The translations under genes were made by a program, and so were the position numbers. Below are positions 9,198 through 19,915 of a stretch of 20,000 bases of DNA, in pieces. The notes beneath the pieces are model-generated. The model did no database searches. It saw only the letters and a program-made list of their open reading frames with translations, and had not been told where the DNA came from. Origin of the DNA: Chiloscyllium plagiosum (taxonomy: Eukaryota); the NCBI RefSeq assembly GCF_004010195.1, contig NC_057718.1, positions 88,678,200-88,698,199 on the forward strand. The letters are read 5' to 3'. Numbering within the stretch: the first letter of the stretch is position 1; the number at the start of each line of letters is the position of its first letter.

Positions 9198-10329
9198 TAT
9201 AAATTGTAATTAGGGCCTTACTCTAGAACAGATTAAGAAATAATGGAGGCATAGAGGAAGGCATTACATGATTTTAATCTGCATATTGACTGGATAAATG
9301 AGATGGCAAGGTTAACATGGAAGTTGAATCTATAGAATGCAGAGATTGTTTCTTAGAGTAGTACACTGCACAACCTACCTGGGAACTGGCTGTTTTAGAT
9401 CTAGTTATTTGTAATGAAATAGCAATCACAACATGAAGAATTTCAAATTCAGTCTTCAGACAGCAAACAGGCTCCAAACTAGTGTCCTCAACTTAAATAA
9501 AGGCAATTACAGAGAGGTGAACAAAGAGTTGTCTAAAGTGCAATCAACAATGGGTGGCTAAAAAGCTAATTAAAGGGAGAAAATTAATTATGAAAGTAAA
9601 CTGGTAAGAAATATAAAAATAAATAGCCAAGAGCTTCTCCAGGTATATAAAAGAAAGAGAGTAGCTAGAGTAAGTGTGGGACCATTGGAGGATGTGACTG
9701 GGGAAGTTATAGTGGGAAACAGGAAAATCAAAGATATTTCGCGATATATCAACATTTTGCACTGGTCACCAGAGTGGAGAACACCGTAACCATCCCAAAG
9801 GTATCAGGGAAGGTGCTAATGAAGGAAAGGTCTTGTCATACTTTTTATCATGAGGGACAAGGCATTTCAATAGAGCGGAAGACAGACAAATAGACAGCTT
9901 ATGATCTGCATTCAAATGCTTTAAGGGAAATAGCTGCAGAGAGCAAACTTGTCTCGAACTTCCTGGATTCTGGGAGGGTTCTAGTGAATTGGAAAACCAT
10001 AAATATGATGTCCCTGTTCAAGAAGGGAGGAAGACAGACAGCAGGATTCTATCGGCCAGTTAACCAGACATCTATCACTGGAAGAATGCTAGGATCCAAT
10101 ACTACAGAAGAAATATCAGGACACTTAGACACCGAATGCAATCAGAGTCAACATGGTTTTGTAAAAAGGAAATAATGTTTGACAAATTTGCTTGAGTTCT
10201 TGGAGGATAAAATCCCAGAGGTACTCACTTAAACTAAGTGCAGGAAGCTCAAGTGTATGATAACACAGGAAGAAAGTATTGTAGCTCTAATTTAGTAATT
10301 AAGTCACTTACATCCACTGACGTGTTAGA

Positions 10330-11045
10330 TATAGGGATACTGATGTATTATACAAATTTTGTTTTAGGCACTGTACCCAGAATAGCGTTTTGAGATCTGC
10401 ACTGGTTGTTTTGGGCACTACACAAAAGCTGTCTTGTTTCTTATCTATTAATAAAGGGGTATTTTCAGATTAATGGAGTTACATATTTACAGTGTGTTTA
10501 AAATCTTACACTTTGTTATAAGTAGAGTGGGCGGCACGGTGGCATAGTGGTTAGCACTGCTGCCTCACAGCGCCAGAGACCCGGGTTCAATTCCCGCCTC
10601 AGGCGACTGACTGTGTGGAGTTTGCACGTTCTCCCCGTGTCTGCGTGGGTTTGCTCCGGGTGCTCCGGTTTCCTCCCACAGTCCAAATATGTGCAGGTCA
10701 GGTGAATTGGCCATGCTAAATTGCCCGTAGTGTTAGGTAAGGGATAAATGTAGGGGTATGGGTGGGTTGCGCTTCGGCGGGTCGGTGTGGACTTGTTGGG
10801 CCGAAGGGCCTGTTTCCACACTGTAAGTAATCTAATCTAATCTAATCTAGATAGTTTGCATTATTCTATTTTAAATTCATTCTTTTTATAATACTTTTTT
10901 TTTATGAAAGCAAAATCTGCAGCATTGCTTGTTGTGCTTCAGGAGAGACCACTTTGTTCAAACCAAAACAAATAAAGTTATGAACTCTCAAGTTGGATCC
11001 CGTCTGGAATCTGATTTATCTGGTAACATCTAGTTGTGTTATAAT
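10330..11045 (+). mobile_element. Possible old Gypsy-like LTR remnant, split by the HE1 SINE
   Basis: The 3' part (aaaatctgcagcattg...gaccac...tctggaatctgatttatctgg...ttataa) resembles shark LTR ends from recall only. Termini and TSD are not resolved. Confidence 0.35.
10529..10849 (+). mobile_element. Young, intact HE1-type SINE
   Basis: A box TGGCATAGTGG (10540-10550), B box GGTTCAATTCC (10584-10594), many CpGs retained, CR1-like 3' end, (TAATC)4 tail at 10828-10847. Confidence 0.95.
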
Positions 11046-11049
11046 CCCA

Positions 11050-11280
11050 GCAGATTAAAAGTACTTTACAAGTAAATTGCTGTTTCACTTAGAGGGTGCA
11101 TTTGGGTCCTTGGACAATGAGGAGGGAGGAGGTAAAGAAATCAGTGTTAGACCTTTCAGAATTGAATGGGAAGGTATTTTGAAGAGGTGTTAAGAGTAAA
11201 AGATGAATGGACTAGTCCCTGCAGAATATTCACAGTGGAAGGGTGATGGCATACTGCCTGGAGGTGCCATAAATGCAGCC
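11050..11280 (-). mobile_element. Old Penelope-like element fragment (linker between RT and GIY-YIG)
   Basis: Minus-strand translation TFPFNSERSNTDFFTSSLLIVQGPKCTL*VKQQFTC resembles the PLE linker pattern FPC..RCNTCP..IQGPK..VKQ.FTC. Confidence 0.7.
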
Positions 11281-11428
11281 TTGTCATGCCACACATTTTA
11301 AGAATATGGAAGAGGAAATGAAACTAAGTAGAAATTATATAAGATTTAACATATGTACAACATTTTTAAAGGCTAAATTTTTAAGACCTGAAAGAAAGCA
11401 ATACACATGATGAAAGTAGAAATATTAC

Positions 11429-11478
11429 CTAACAGCTTTCGGATAGTACAGAAAATTTCCATGGCAGCCAGGAGACAG
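11429..11478 (-). other. Candidate 50-nt internal exon of an unidentified host gene
   Basis: Acceptor catgaaatttttattcag and donor AG|gtaata in an AT-rich non-repeat island. Two open frames: LSPGCHGNFLYYPKAV or CLLAAMEIFCTIRKLL. Confidence 0.3.
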
Positions 11479-12199
11479 CTGAATAAAAATTTCATGCAAA
11501 GAGATGTTGAGAAAAATCCACGTAACAGTTTAGTTGTACAAAGGAAGTGGTTCAGACTAACAGACACAAACATATCAATGGTTTAAGCATTTAATTATGT
11601 TTGCCAAAGGACAAGTGTATAACCTGTTGTTTATCTTGCTCAGTTATAAGTCTTCACAGTCTAGCTTCAAGAACATACGTGAGAACTTCAAAAGCTATTT
11701 AAAGAATTGCATCTGTTCACATTCAAGCATCATAAATTTACTTTAAAAGCTTTTGATTAATGTGGGGATTCCCCATTGTTTTATCAAAAAGGAGCCAGTT
11801 ATAAGATTATAAAAGAACTTTATTCAGTGACTGTCACCCAGATGTTCTTGCATTTGTGGATTTAATAAGGTGTGAACAAATTGTGCTAATCTTCTTTAAT
11901 AGTTCAATCTGCGCAAACTAATGCCTACATCTCCCACTAAAAAGGAATTGAATAGAAAAAGTGACAACTTTCCCTGTTCATTAAATAAGACAGAGTGTAC
12001 TACAGGATTTTTATTTTACGTGAATTGAGTGAAGGCAGTCCCCAGTTTCATAACGGTGTCCTTCCCACACTCACTATAGTAGTTGTTTCTGATCCTTGTT
12101 GGGTGCCTGGAAGGCAGACTCCCCCAAGGAAGTAAAATGATAAGCAATAATTCAATCCATGCCAATCCTCTGCACATGATCTATGATGTCAAACTCCTC

Positions 12200-13030
12200 C
12201 TCAGGTCTCCAGCATTAGGTATGTCAGTCTTCAGCAGATTAGAATCACTCAGTAAAATATCAACAAACAGCTGGGCACACTGGACACACAGATCCTTGGC
12301 CCCGTACAGCAAACCACGTTGTTGCGCAGAACATATGTGCTCCAGTACTAGCCACGCCCCGAGCCAAGCTGTCCCAGTACATCTACAACACTGGAAACTA
12401 AACCAATCATGTGGATAATTACCCCAAGTTATGGTCACAATACAGGACAAATTTTTCAATATAGCCATTACTGTCTCATTAGTCTACTCTCAATCATCAG
12501 CAATATTTGACAGATGTCAACATCAGTGCTACCAAGCAACAGCAATAAATCTATTCAGAGATCCTGATGGAGCCTTTTACCAGATCACCATAAAGCCTTG
12601 TTCAAACATCTGCAAAAAAGTTAACTTTGAGATTTGAGATGACAGTGAAAGTTCTTGACATCAAGGCAGCATTCAACTAGTATAATATCAAAGAACTCCA
12701 AGAAAATAGAATCAATGGGAATCAGAGCAGACTACTTAGAGGCATACCTAGCACAAAAAAAGAGATGATTATGATTGTTGGAGGTCAATCAACTCATCCC
12801 TGAGACATCACTGCAGGAGTTCCCCAGGGCAATGTCTTAGATCCAGATATCTTCAGCTGTCATGGTTAACGAGCTTTCCTCCATTTTTAACCCCCAAGTG
12901 GAGGTATTCACCAATGATTACAGTTTCATTCTATTCAATTCCCCAGATAATGAGGTAGTCCATGGTCACTTGCAGCAAGACATAACATACTAGAAGGGAA
13001 GATTCATGCCACGTAATTGCCAGTTTATGG
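12200..13030 (+). mobile_element. Old LINE RT relic (CR1/L2 group, a family distinct from the other CR1s)
   Basis: CAPVLATPRAKLSQYIYNTG (~12335-12395), ISLLSIIS (~12480), VLDIKAAFN (~12651), AGVPQGNVLDP (~12812), FTND in place of FADD (~12907). Confidence 0.85.
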
Positions 13031-13214
13031 CACTTGAGTTAATCTCCAAGACAAAATTCAACCACCCCAGTTCTATTTCAGATACACAGACAATGGGGAA
13101 TAAAACCGGAGTTTAACTTATACATACTTCTTACTGTGTGCAGAGACACACATTTTACAAAAATTCTCCTTCAAATGCAACACAGTTTTGATCAGCTGTA
13201 ATATAAAGTAACAC

Positions 13215-14594
13215 AAAGGAGCAAGGAATAAACCAAGAAACTACAGGCCAGCTAGTCTAAACTCAGTGGTGGTAAAACTATCAGAAGCAATTCAGAGGGA
13301 CAGAATTAAACAGCACTTGGAGAGGCAGGGATTATTCAAAAACAGACAACATGGTTTTGTTTTAGGTAAGCCATGTCTAACCAACCTGATTGAATTTTTT
13401 CGAAGAGGCGACCATGTACGTAGATGAGGGCAATGTATTTCATATTGTCCATTTGGGCTTCAGCAGGCTTTTGATAAGGTCCCATATGGGAGAACGAAAA
13501 TGAAGCTAAGAACCTGTGGGATCCAAGGAAATTTGGCAAATTGGATCCAGCATTAGCTGAGTGGCAGGAAGCAGAGGATAATGGTTCAAGGGTGTTAGTT
13601 GAGCTGGCAGCCTGTGTTCAGTGGGGTTCTACAGGGATCAATTTTGGGGGCTTTGCTGTTTGTGGTCGACATCAACAATGTATTCTTGAATTTAGGAAGG
13701 CTGATTAGTAAATTTGTGAATGATACAAAAATTGGGGTGGTAGTAAATAGTGAGGAGGACAGCCCGAGAATACAGAAGGATATAGATGGGCTAGTTAGAT
13801 GGTCTGACCACTGGTCAATGGAATTCAATCCAGATAAGTGTGAAGTGATGCACTTAGGCAGGATAAGCAAAGCAAGAAAACAAAGATCATCATTAGGGCT
13901 CTAGGAAGCACCGAAGATCAAAGGGTTTGTACGTCCATCAGTCCCCTAAAGATAGCAGGGCAGATAGATAAAATAGGCAGTAAATAGGATACTTGCTTTT
14001 ATTAGCTGAGGCAGATAATTTAAGAACAAGGAGGTAATGATGGCACTGTATAAAATATTGGTTATGCCATAGCTAGAGTATGCTGTACAGTTCTGGAATC
14101 CACATTGTAAGAGGGATATGATTGCATTGGATGGGGTGTAGAGTAGATTAACTAAATTTTTGCCTGGTCTGGAGAGTTTTAGTTATGAAGAGGGATAGGA
14201 TAGATGGATTGTGTGCTTTGGAGCATAGGAGACTTAAGGGAGAATCAATGATTGAGATGTACAAACTTACGAGGGGCATAGATAGAATAGACAAGAAGGA
14301 ACTTTTCCCTTGGCATAGGGATCCAAACCAGGAGCATAGATTTAAAGTAAATTGCAAGTGGTTTAAAGGGGATGTCAGGAAATACGTTTCACCCAGAGAG
14401 TGGTGGAAATATGCAAGAGTGATAGAGGCAGAAATCCACATAATATTTGAAAAATATTTAGATGTGCACTAGTGCACAAGCAAAGCTAAAGGGCCACGTG
14501 CTGGGAAACAGGATTAGAATAGTTAAGTGCTTGTTTTTGCCCAGCACAGACTTGATTGGCCAAAAGGCCTTTTCTTTTGCGCTGGAAGCCTATG
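13215..14594 (+). mobile_element. CR1 LINE, RT domain to 3' end, 5'-truncated and decayed
   Basis: KGARNKPRNYRPASL; SWQPVFSGVLQGSILGALLFVVDINN..SKFVNDTKIG..WSMEFNPDKCEVMHLG (13599-13904); LEHRRLKG..IEMYK (14185-14472); CR1 3' UTR. Confidence 0.93.
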
Positions 14595-14611
14595 CAAAAA
14601 AGTGATTATGC

Positions 14612-14794
14612 AAAAGTGAGGACTGCAGATGCTGGAGATTAGAGTCAAGATTAAAGTGCTGCTGAAAAAGCACAGCAGCATCCGAGGGCAGGAAAATCGA
14701 TTCCTGATCAAGGGCTCCTGCCCGAAATGTAAATTTTCCTGTTCCTCGGATGCTGCCTGACCTACTGTGCATTTCCAGCACCACTCTAATCTTG
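14612..14794. mobile_element. Fold-back non-autonomous element (inverted PLE-type termini) with a hammerhead motif in the loop
   Basis: Inverted arms at 14646-14697 and 14733-14794 with a few mismatches and one ~7-nt gap. Confidence 0.75.
14701..14733 (+). ncRNA. Degenerate minimal hammerhead ribozyme motif
   Basis: TTC-CTGATCA-A-GGGC(tcct)GCCC-GAAA-T-GTA-AA. Stem II is perfect and GAAA is intact, but CTGATGA is mutated to CTGATCA and stem I is weakened. Confidence 0.65.
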
Positions 14795-14816
14795 CCTATA
14801 CGACTATGGCATGCTC

Positions 14817-15010
14817 AATTAAATGAATTGAATTGGCTTTATTGAATGAGTGCAGTAAAATGTTTGCAATCGCTGTCTATGGCGCTATCTTAGATACAAG
14901 ATGCGTAGGTACAGATATTTAAGTATTTGGTGCAAAGTTGAAAGAATAATAAATAAAAGTCCAGCATAAGAATAAAAAGAAAAAAAATGTACTCGATTTA
15001 CAGTCCTTTC
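14817..15010 (-). repeat. Possible 3' end of an unclassified non-LTR repeat
   Basis: Starts with an (AATTG)n-like run then TTTATT, i.e. AATAAA plus a microsatellite tail on the minus strand. Family unresolved. Confidence 0.35.
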
Positions 15011-15149
15011 ACCCAAGTCCATGTCAGCACCTATCCTCCAGACTACATCGGGTCAAGGCTCCAATTAATCCCACCAGCTGAACAAACAATTAATACACTT
15101 GACAATCAATGAAATTGCTATTGTACCAATGACTAGATTCTTTTGCAAT

Positions 15150-15420
15150 GTTTAGGTAGGACTCTTCCCTGTGAGTCCGAATGTTGAAGGTTCACAGTCC
15201 CAGTCTAGCCACTTTAACACAAATTAAACTGACTTTCCAGAGAAATAGTTTGTCCCTTGGTTGAGACTTCAAACAAAGGCTCATGTCTGTCAGGTGGAGA
15301 TAACAGCGCCCACAAAGGTTCTGGTTAAAGGTTACAGGGTATCATGGTGGTAGTGTACCTGCCTCTGGGCCAGAAAGTCTGTGTTTAAGATCCACCTCTC
15401 CCAGATATATGTGTCAAAAT
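15150..15420 (+). mobile_element. Two decayed tRNA-derived SINE heads in tandem (the first resembles SacSINE1/DeuSINE)
   Basis: ctgtgagtccgaatgttgaaggttcacagtccca..tgagacttcaaacaaaggc..tcaggtgga (15168-15300) and ggtagtgtacctgcctctgggccagaaagtctgtgtttaagatccacc (15349-15396) show decayed B-box heads. Family assignment is from recall. Confidence 0.5.
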
Positions 15421-15558
15421 CCTGGAATTCCCTCCCCAATAGTAGTGTGGACTTCAATAGTCCAAAAAGGTGACTTAACATCACCTTCGCAAGGGCAATT
15501 AGGAACAGACAATAAATGCTGGTTTAGCCAGTGGTGCCCACACTCGAATGAATAAAAA
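15417..15558 (+). mobile_element. LINE 3' end, probably the same family as 12200-13030
   Basis: WNSLPNS-coding tggaattccctccccaatagt, then caagggcaattagg..caataaatgctgg..gaatgaataaaaa. Confidence 0.65.
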
Positions 15559-15799
15559 GTTAATCCTGCTTCTGAACTTTCACATATAAAAAAGGGAAAA
15601 TGTTGAAGTTATCGACACAATCCAAGACAGACTTTTACAATTAGGTGTATCAAGATGCACTAATAACATTCTCTGATCCCAATTATCTTTTCAGCAATTC
15701 TATATCTGAAAAGTATCTTTGAAAACTAGCATTATTTTGCAATCATTTAAAGGAAAAAAGATCATTTTAAATCTTTCCCACCTAATGTTACCATCAGGA

Positions 15800-15963
15800 A
15801 CTTGCTGATAAAAATCTCCTTTGAATACTTAAGAGAAAGAAATTCTTGGCCTATAGAGAACCTGAAGGGGAGTAGGATGAATCTGACAGCTCTTTTAAAG
15901 AACCAGCACAGGCTAATCAGCTGAATGACATCCAACTGTACAATAAGAGTTTACGATGTTATG
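15800..15963 (+). mobile_element. Decayed CR1-like 3' end
   Basis: ggggagtaggatgaat..agctcttttaaagaaccagcacagg..gctgaatg..ctgtac..tacgatgttatg follows the CR1 3' UTR layout. Confidence 0.55.
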
Positions 15964-16304
15964 AATTCAGAAAGACAAACTTGGAGCTTAAAGATCTTTA
16001 AATCCCGACAACACTCAAGAAGCTTGAATTTCAAAATTTAGGCAATTTAGTCAAATTACATATTCATCCTCTGGAAGGGTTCAAATGTATTAATTCCAAG
16101 CTCAGTTGGAGCAACAGCTAAGCTCCAACAGTAACTTTGTCAGAATTCAGAAAGGCTAATAAAAGTAACACCAGTACAAATTAGCAATCTGACTGGTAGG
16201 TGAGTTGCATTTCAGAAAGGTAAGAATTCTAGCTCCTTTTTAAAGGAAAATTTCATTTTCTACTTGGCTTAAATTTAGGGTGAGTTTTTTTAAAAAGTAC
16301 AGGT

Positions 16305-19300
16305 ATGGCATGGGAGTTCAATTCTAGTGTAGAACAGCCCGTAATATGTGGGAAATCTTCGATGAACCTGGGGCAGTCTGGATGACCAGATCTGCATGAA
16401 GTACCAGGTTAGAGCTTCAGTGTCAGCTGAGGGTATAGCAGTGCTTTGTATTATGTGGTGAACAATTTTTAAAAATTTGGTTATCCTGCAGCTTAAGATA
16501 GAGCAGCTAGAGAAGGAACAGGTGACCATTAGTTAGAAGAAATGAAGCAGGTAGGCAGTCAAGAAAGCATCAAAGTGAATCTTATTCAATAAATATGTTT
16601 CTGTGTTAGAAAAAGGTGGGTGACAGTTTCTCTGGAGATTGCAGCCAGAACTCAGCTGCACAAGGGGAATCAGAGAGGAAAAGTTACAGTCATGGGAAAC
16701 TTGATAGTGAGGGGCACATACGGCATTTCTATGGCCGTGGAAGTGACTCGAAATTAGTATGTTGCCAAACTGGAGCATGGATCAAGGATGTCACTGAATG
16801 GCTACAGGAGATTCTGAAAAGGGAGGGGAAACAGTCAGCGGTTGTGGTTCGTAATAGTACCAAAGACAATAGGTAGAAGAAATAGGTCCTGTGACAAGTA
16901 CTAAAGGATCTCAACAGCAGATTGAAAAGCTGGATCTCAAATATTGCAAGCTCTGGATTACTTCTGGTGCCAAGTACTACTGAGTATAGGAATAGGTAGA
17001 TAAAGCAGCTGAAGTGTTAGTGCACAACACAGGACTTTGGATTCCCAAATCACTGGGTCTGTTTCTGGGAAAGGTGGGACCCTGTACAAGTCCAACAGGT
17101 TGCACCTGCACTGTAATAGGATAAAGATCCTTACCTGGGGATTTGCTAGAACTGTTGATGGGTGTTTAAACTAATTTGACAGTACGGGGTGGAGGTACAA
17201 TAATGGGTGATGCATAGATAAATGTAGAAGAAAAGCCAAATCATTGTGGCAGACAAGCATATGCAGTCAAATTAAAACACAAGGGAGCTTGGCATTTATT
17301 TTAATGCATCTGTGAGTAAGGCAGATGAGTTGAGTGTGCTGATTAACACGTGGTTATGATATTGTTGTTGTCATGGGCAGTTCAATATTCTGAGGCATAA
17401 AATCTTCAGATGGGGATGTAAAAGAGGAGGTGGCATCACAGTATTGGTCAAGGAGTCAATCCCTGCAATAAACAGGAATGATGTTTTTGAAGGCTCCTCT
17501 CGTTTGTTCTGTGTCAGACTACTCTCCTACGAACCTGACCTTGAGAATTTTTTAAAACAGGCAGGAAGGGATGTAAAAGAGGAAGTGGCATCACAGTATT
17601 GGTCAAGGAGTCAATTCCTGCAATAAACAGGAATGATGTTTTTGAAGGCTCCTCAATAGACCATATGGTAGAATTAAAACACAAAAAAGGGAGCAATTAC
17701 ATGTTTAGGAAAGTACTGTAGGTTTCAAAATAGTTGAGGAAAGATAAAAGGGCAGCTATCAAATTTTTGGCAAATCTCAAGAGAAGTTTAAAAATAATTG
17801 CAGGAAATTTTAAACTTACTGAGACAAAATGTGAAAGGCTTAAGAAAGGGTAAAATTCTTAAAATATATTTAGGAGAGCTTTTCAAGCCAGCATGCAGAA
17901 AGTCCTTCGAAAGACAAGGCAGAGCTGGACCTAACTTTAGGGAACAAAGCTGGGAAAGTGGTAGAAGTGTCAATAGGAGAGCATTTTGCTGATAGCGAGC
18001 ATAACTTAGTAAAATCTACTATCTCATTAGTGGGAGTCTTTCAAAAAGGAATTAATGAAACTACAAAGGTCAACATGTTCCTGTAAAAGTGAAGACCGAG
18101 ACCAAATATTCCAGAGGATCTTGGACATTGATGAGTATACAGAATTGGATAAAGAGAAACAAAGGAAGCCTATATGGTACATACCAAAGATTCAAGAGTA
18201 TCAGAAGCCCGAGAGGCATATAGAAAGTGCAGTGGTTTACTTAAAAAAAGTTAGGAAAGGGGCATTAAAAACCACTGGCAAGTAAATAAAAGGAAAATCT
18301 GAAGGCATTTTGTCAGTATATTAGAGAATCACCAGAGAAATAGCGGGGCACATTAAACACCTAGACACACTGTGATTTCTATATTCACGACCGAGAAGAA
18401 CGATATAGAAATCGAGGAAGAGGACTGTGATATCCTTTAACAAACTGCAATTGAGAGTGACTAGTTTTGAGCAATTTAAGTGGATTTATAATTGGATATG
18501 TTTCCATGCCCAGCTGACATGTGTCTCAGGCTGCTATGAGAAGCATGGAAGGAAATTGCAGAAGCCTTGACATTAATGTCAAAGCCTCTCTGAACTTGGG
18601 AAAGGTGCCAGAGGACTGGAAGGTAATAATGTGATACGTTATTCAAGATGGATTATAGGGATGAGGGGATTGTAGGCCAGTGGGTCTAACATCAGTGATA
18701 GGGAAACTATTAGTGCAAATACGGAGGGATAGAATTAACGTCCATTTGGAGAGGCAAAGATTAATTAAGAATAGTCAGCATGACTTTGCAAGGGAGAGAT
18801 CATGTCCGACAGGTTTGGCTGAGTTTTTTTTAAAAGAGGTGACTAGATATACGGATGATGGCAGTGCAGTGAATGTACTGTCTACATAGATGTCGGTAAG
18901 GCTTTTGACAAAGTCTTGCATAGAAGACTGATCAAGGCAATTTGGACCCAAATTTAGCTGGGTGGAAGGAGGCATATGCTGATGGTCAAAGATTGTTTTT
19001 TGTGACTGGAGGTCTGTGTCGAGCAGTATACCGCAGAGTTTGGTGCTAGATCCCTTACTGTTTGTAGTGTACATTATAATCTAAACAATCCTGAAGGAAA
19101 TCTGATCAGTACGTTCACAGATGACATGAAAATTGGTAATGTGATAAGTAACAAAGATGGAAGCCTTAGACTACAGGATGATAATTGATGGACTGGTCAG
19201 GTGGACAGAACAATGGCAAATGGAATTTAATCCAAAAAAGTGAAAAGAAATAAATTTTGGGAGGACTAGCAAAGCAAGGGAATATAAAGTGAATGGTAGA

Positions 19301-19915
19301 ACCCTAGGAAGTACAGACTCAGAAGGACCTGTGTATAGACCACAGGACAGGTGGATGAGGTGGTTAAGACGACATATGGGATACTTGCTGTTATTAGTCA
19401 GGGTAATAAATACAAGAGCAGGAGGGTTATCATGGAGCTGTACAAGATGTTAGTGAGGCCACATGTTGGAATACAACATGCAGAGCAGATTCACCAGATG
19501 TTTACCCAGCCATGAAGGGAGATTAGACAGACTGGGATTGTTTTTCTTAGAGCAGAGAAAGCTGAGGTGAGACCAGACTGAGGTGTAAAAAATTAGGAGG
19601 AGCATATGTAAAAGAAAAAGTAGTAATCTCTTCCCCCTATAGAGGGATCAATAACCACGGGGAATAGCTTTGAGGTAAAGGTGGGATGTTTAGTGGGGAT
19701 TTAAGATAGAATGGTTTCACTCAGAATATGAATAAATATTTGGTACTCTCTGCCACAAAGGAAGGTTTAGGTGGGAACCATCACAATGAGTATTTAGATG
19801 AACACCTGAAGTACCATAGCATAGAAAGGTACCAGACCAGTGCGGGAAAATGAGACTAGAATAGGTACGTGTTTGATGACACAAGTGGCTGCCTCTTTCT
19901 ATGCTGTGCAGCTCA
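16305..19915 (+). mobile_element. Near full-length decayed CR1 LINE (ORF1 Zn-finger/zipper and esterase; ORF2 EN and RT; 3' UTR)
   Basis: ORF1 MWE..DDQICMK..LELQ; FYGRGSDSKLVCCQTGAWIKDVTEWLQEILKREGKQ (16616-16876); GLTSVIGKLL..IKNSQHDF (18680-18889); DVGKAFDKV (~18889); TFTDDMKIG (19111-19137); QWQMEFNP. Many stops and frameshifts. Confidence 0.92.
17413..17654 (+). repeat. 87-bp direct duplication (17413-17499, 17568-17654) enclosing a 60-bp inverted copy of 6944-7003
   Basis: The two copies differ at 2 of 87 positions. 17500-17559 is the exact reverse complement of 6944-7003. Confidence 0.95.

Larger units (their letters stand above)
6790..10215 (+). mobile_element. Decayed CR1 LINE (ORF1 esterase, ORF2 endonuclease to start of RT) hosting an LTR, a CR1 3' end and a SINE
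   Basis: ORF1 SGNH-like pieces LCCLLGA../VVMDHIGTN../PHANWHRVN (7750-8030) with a stop at ~8160. ORF2 pieces AITEMWMQG (~8705), DFNLHIDW (~9270), NWKTINMMSLFKKGGRQTAGFYRPVNQTS..SQHGFVK (9984-10175). Confidence 0.88.

Noticed and set aside
10529..10600. tRNA-like sequence
   Set aside because: It is the SINE head and runs on into SINE body and tail.
11679..11712. Possible minus-strand micro-exon (cag...gtatgt)
   Set aside because: Stop codons in all three frames.
13599..14472. RT ORFs as an active or domesticated gene
   Set aside because: Fragmented by stops and frameshifts; the catalytic motif is degraded to FVND.
16105..16129. 8-bp hairpin GTTGGAGC/GCTCCAAC
   Set aside because: Too short to distinguish from chance; probably within the CR1 5' region.
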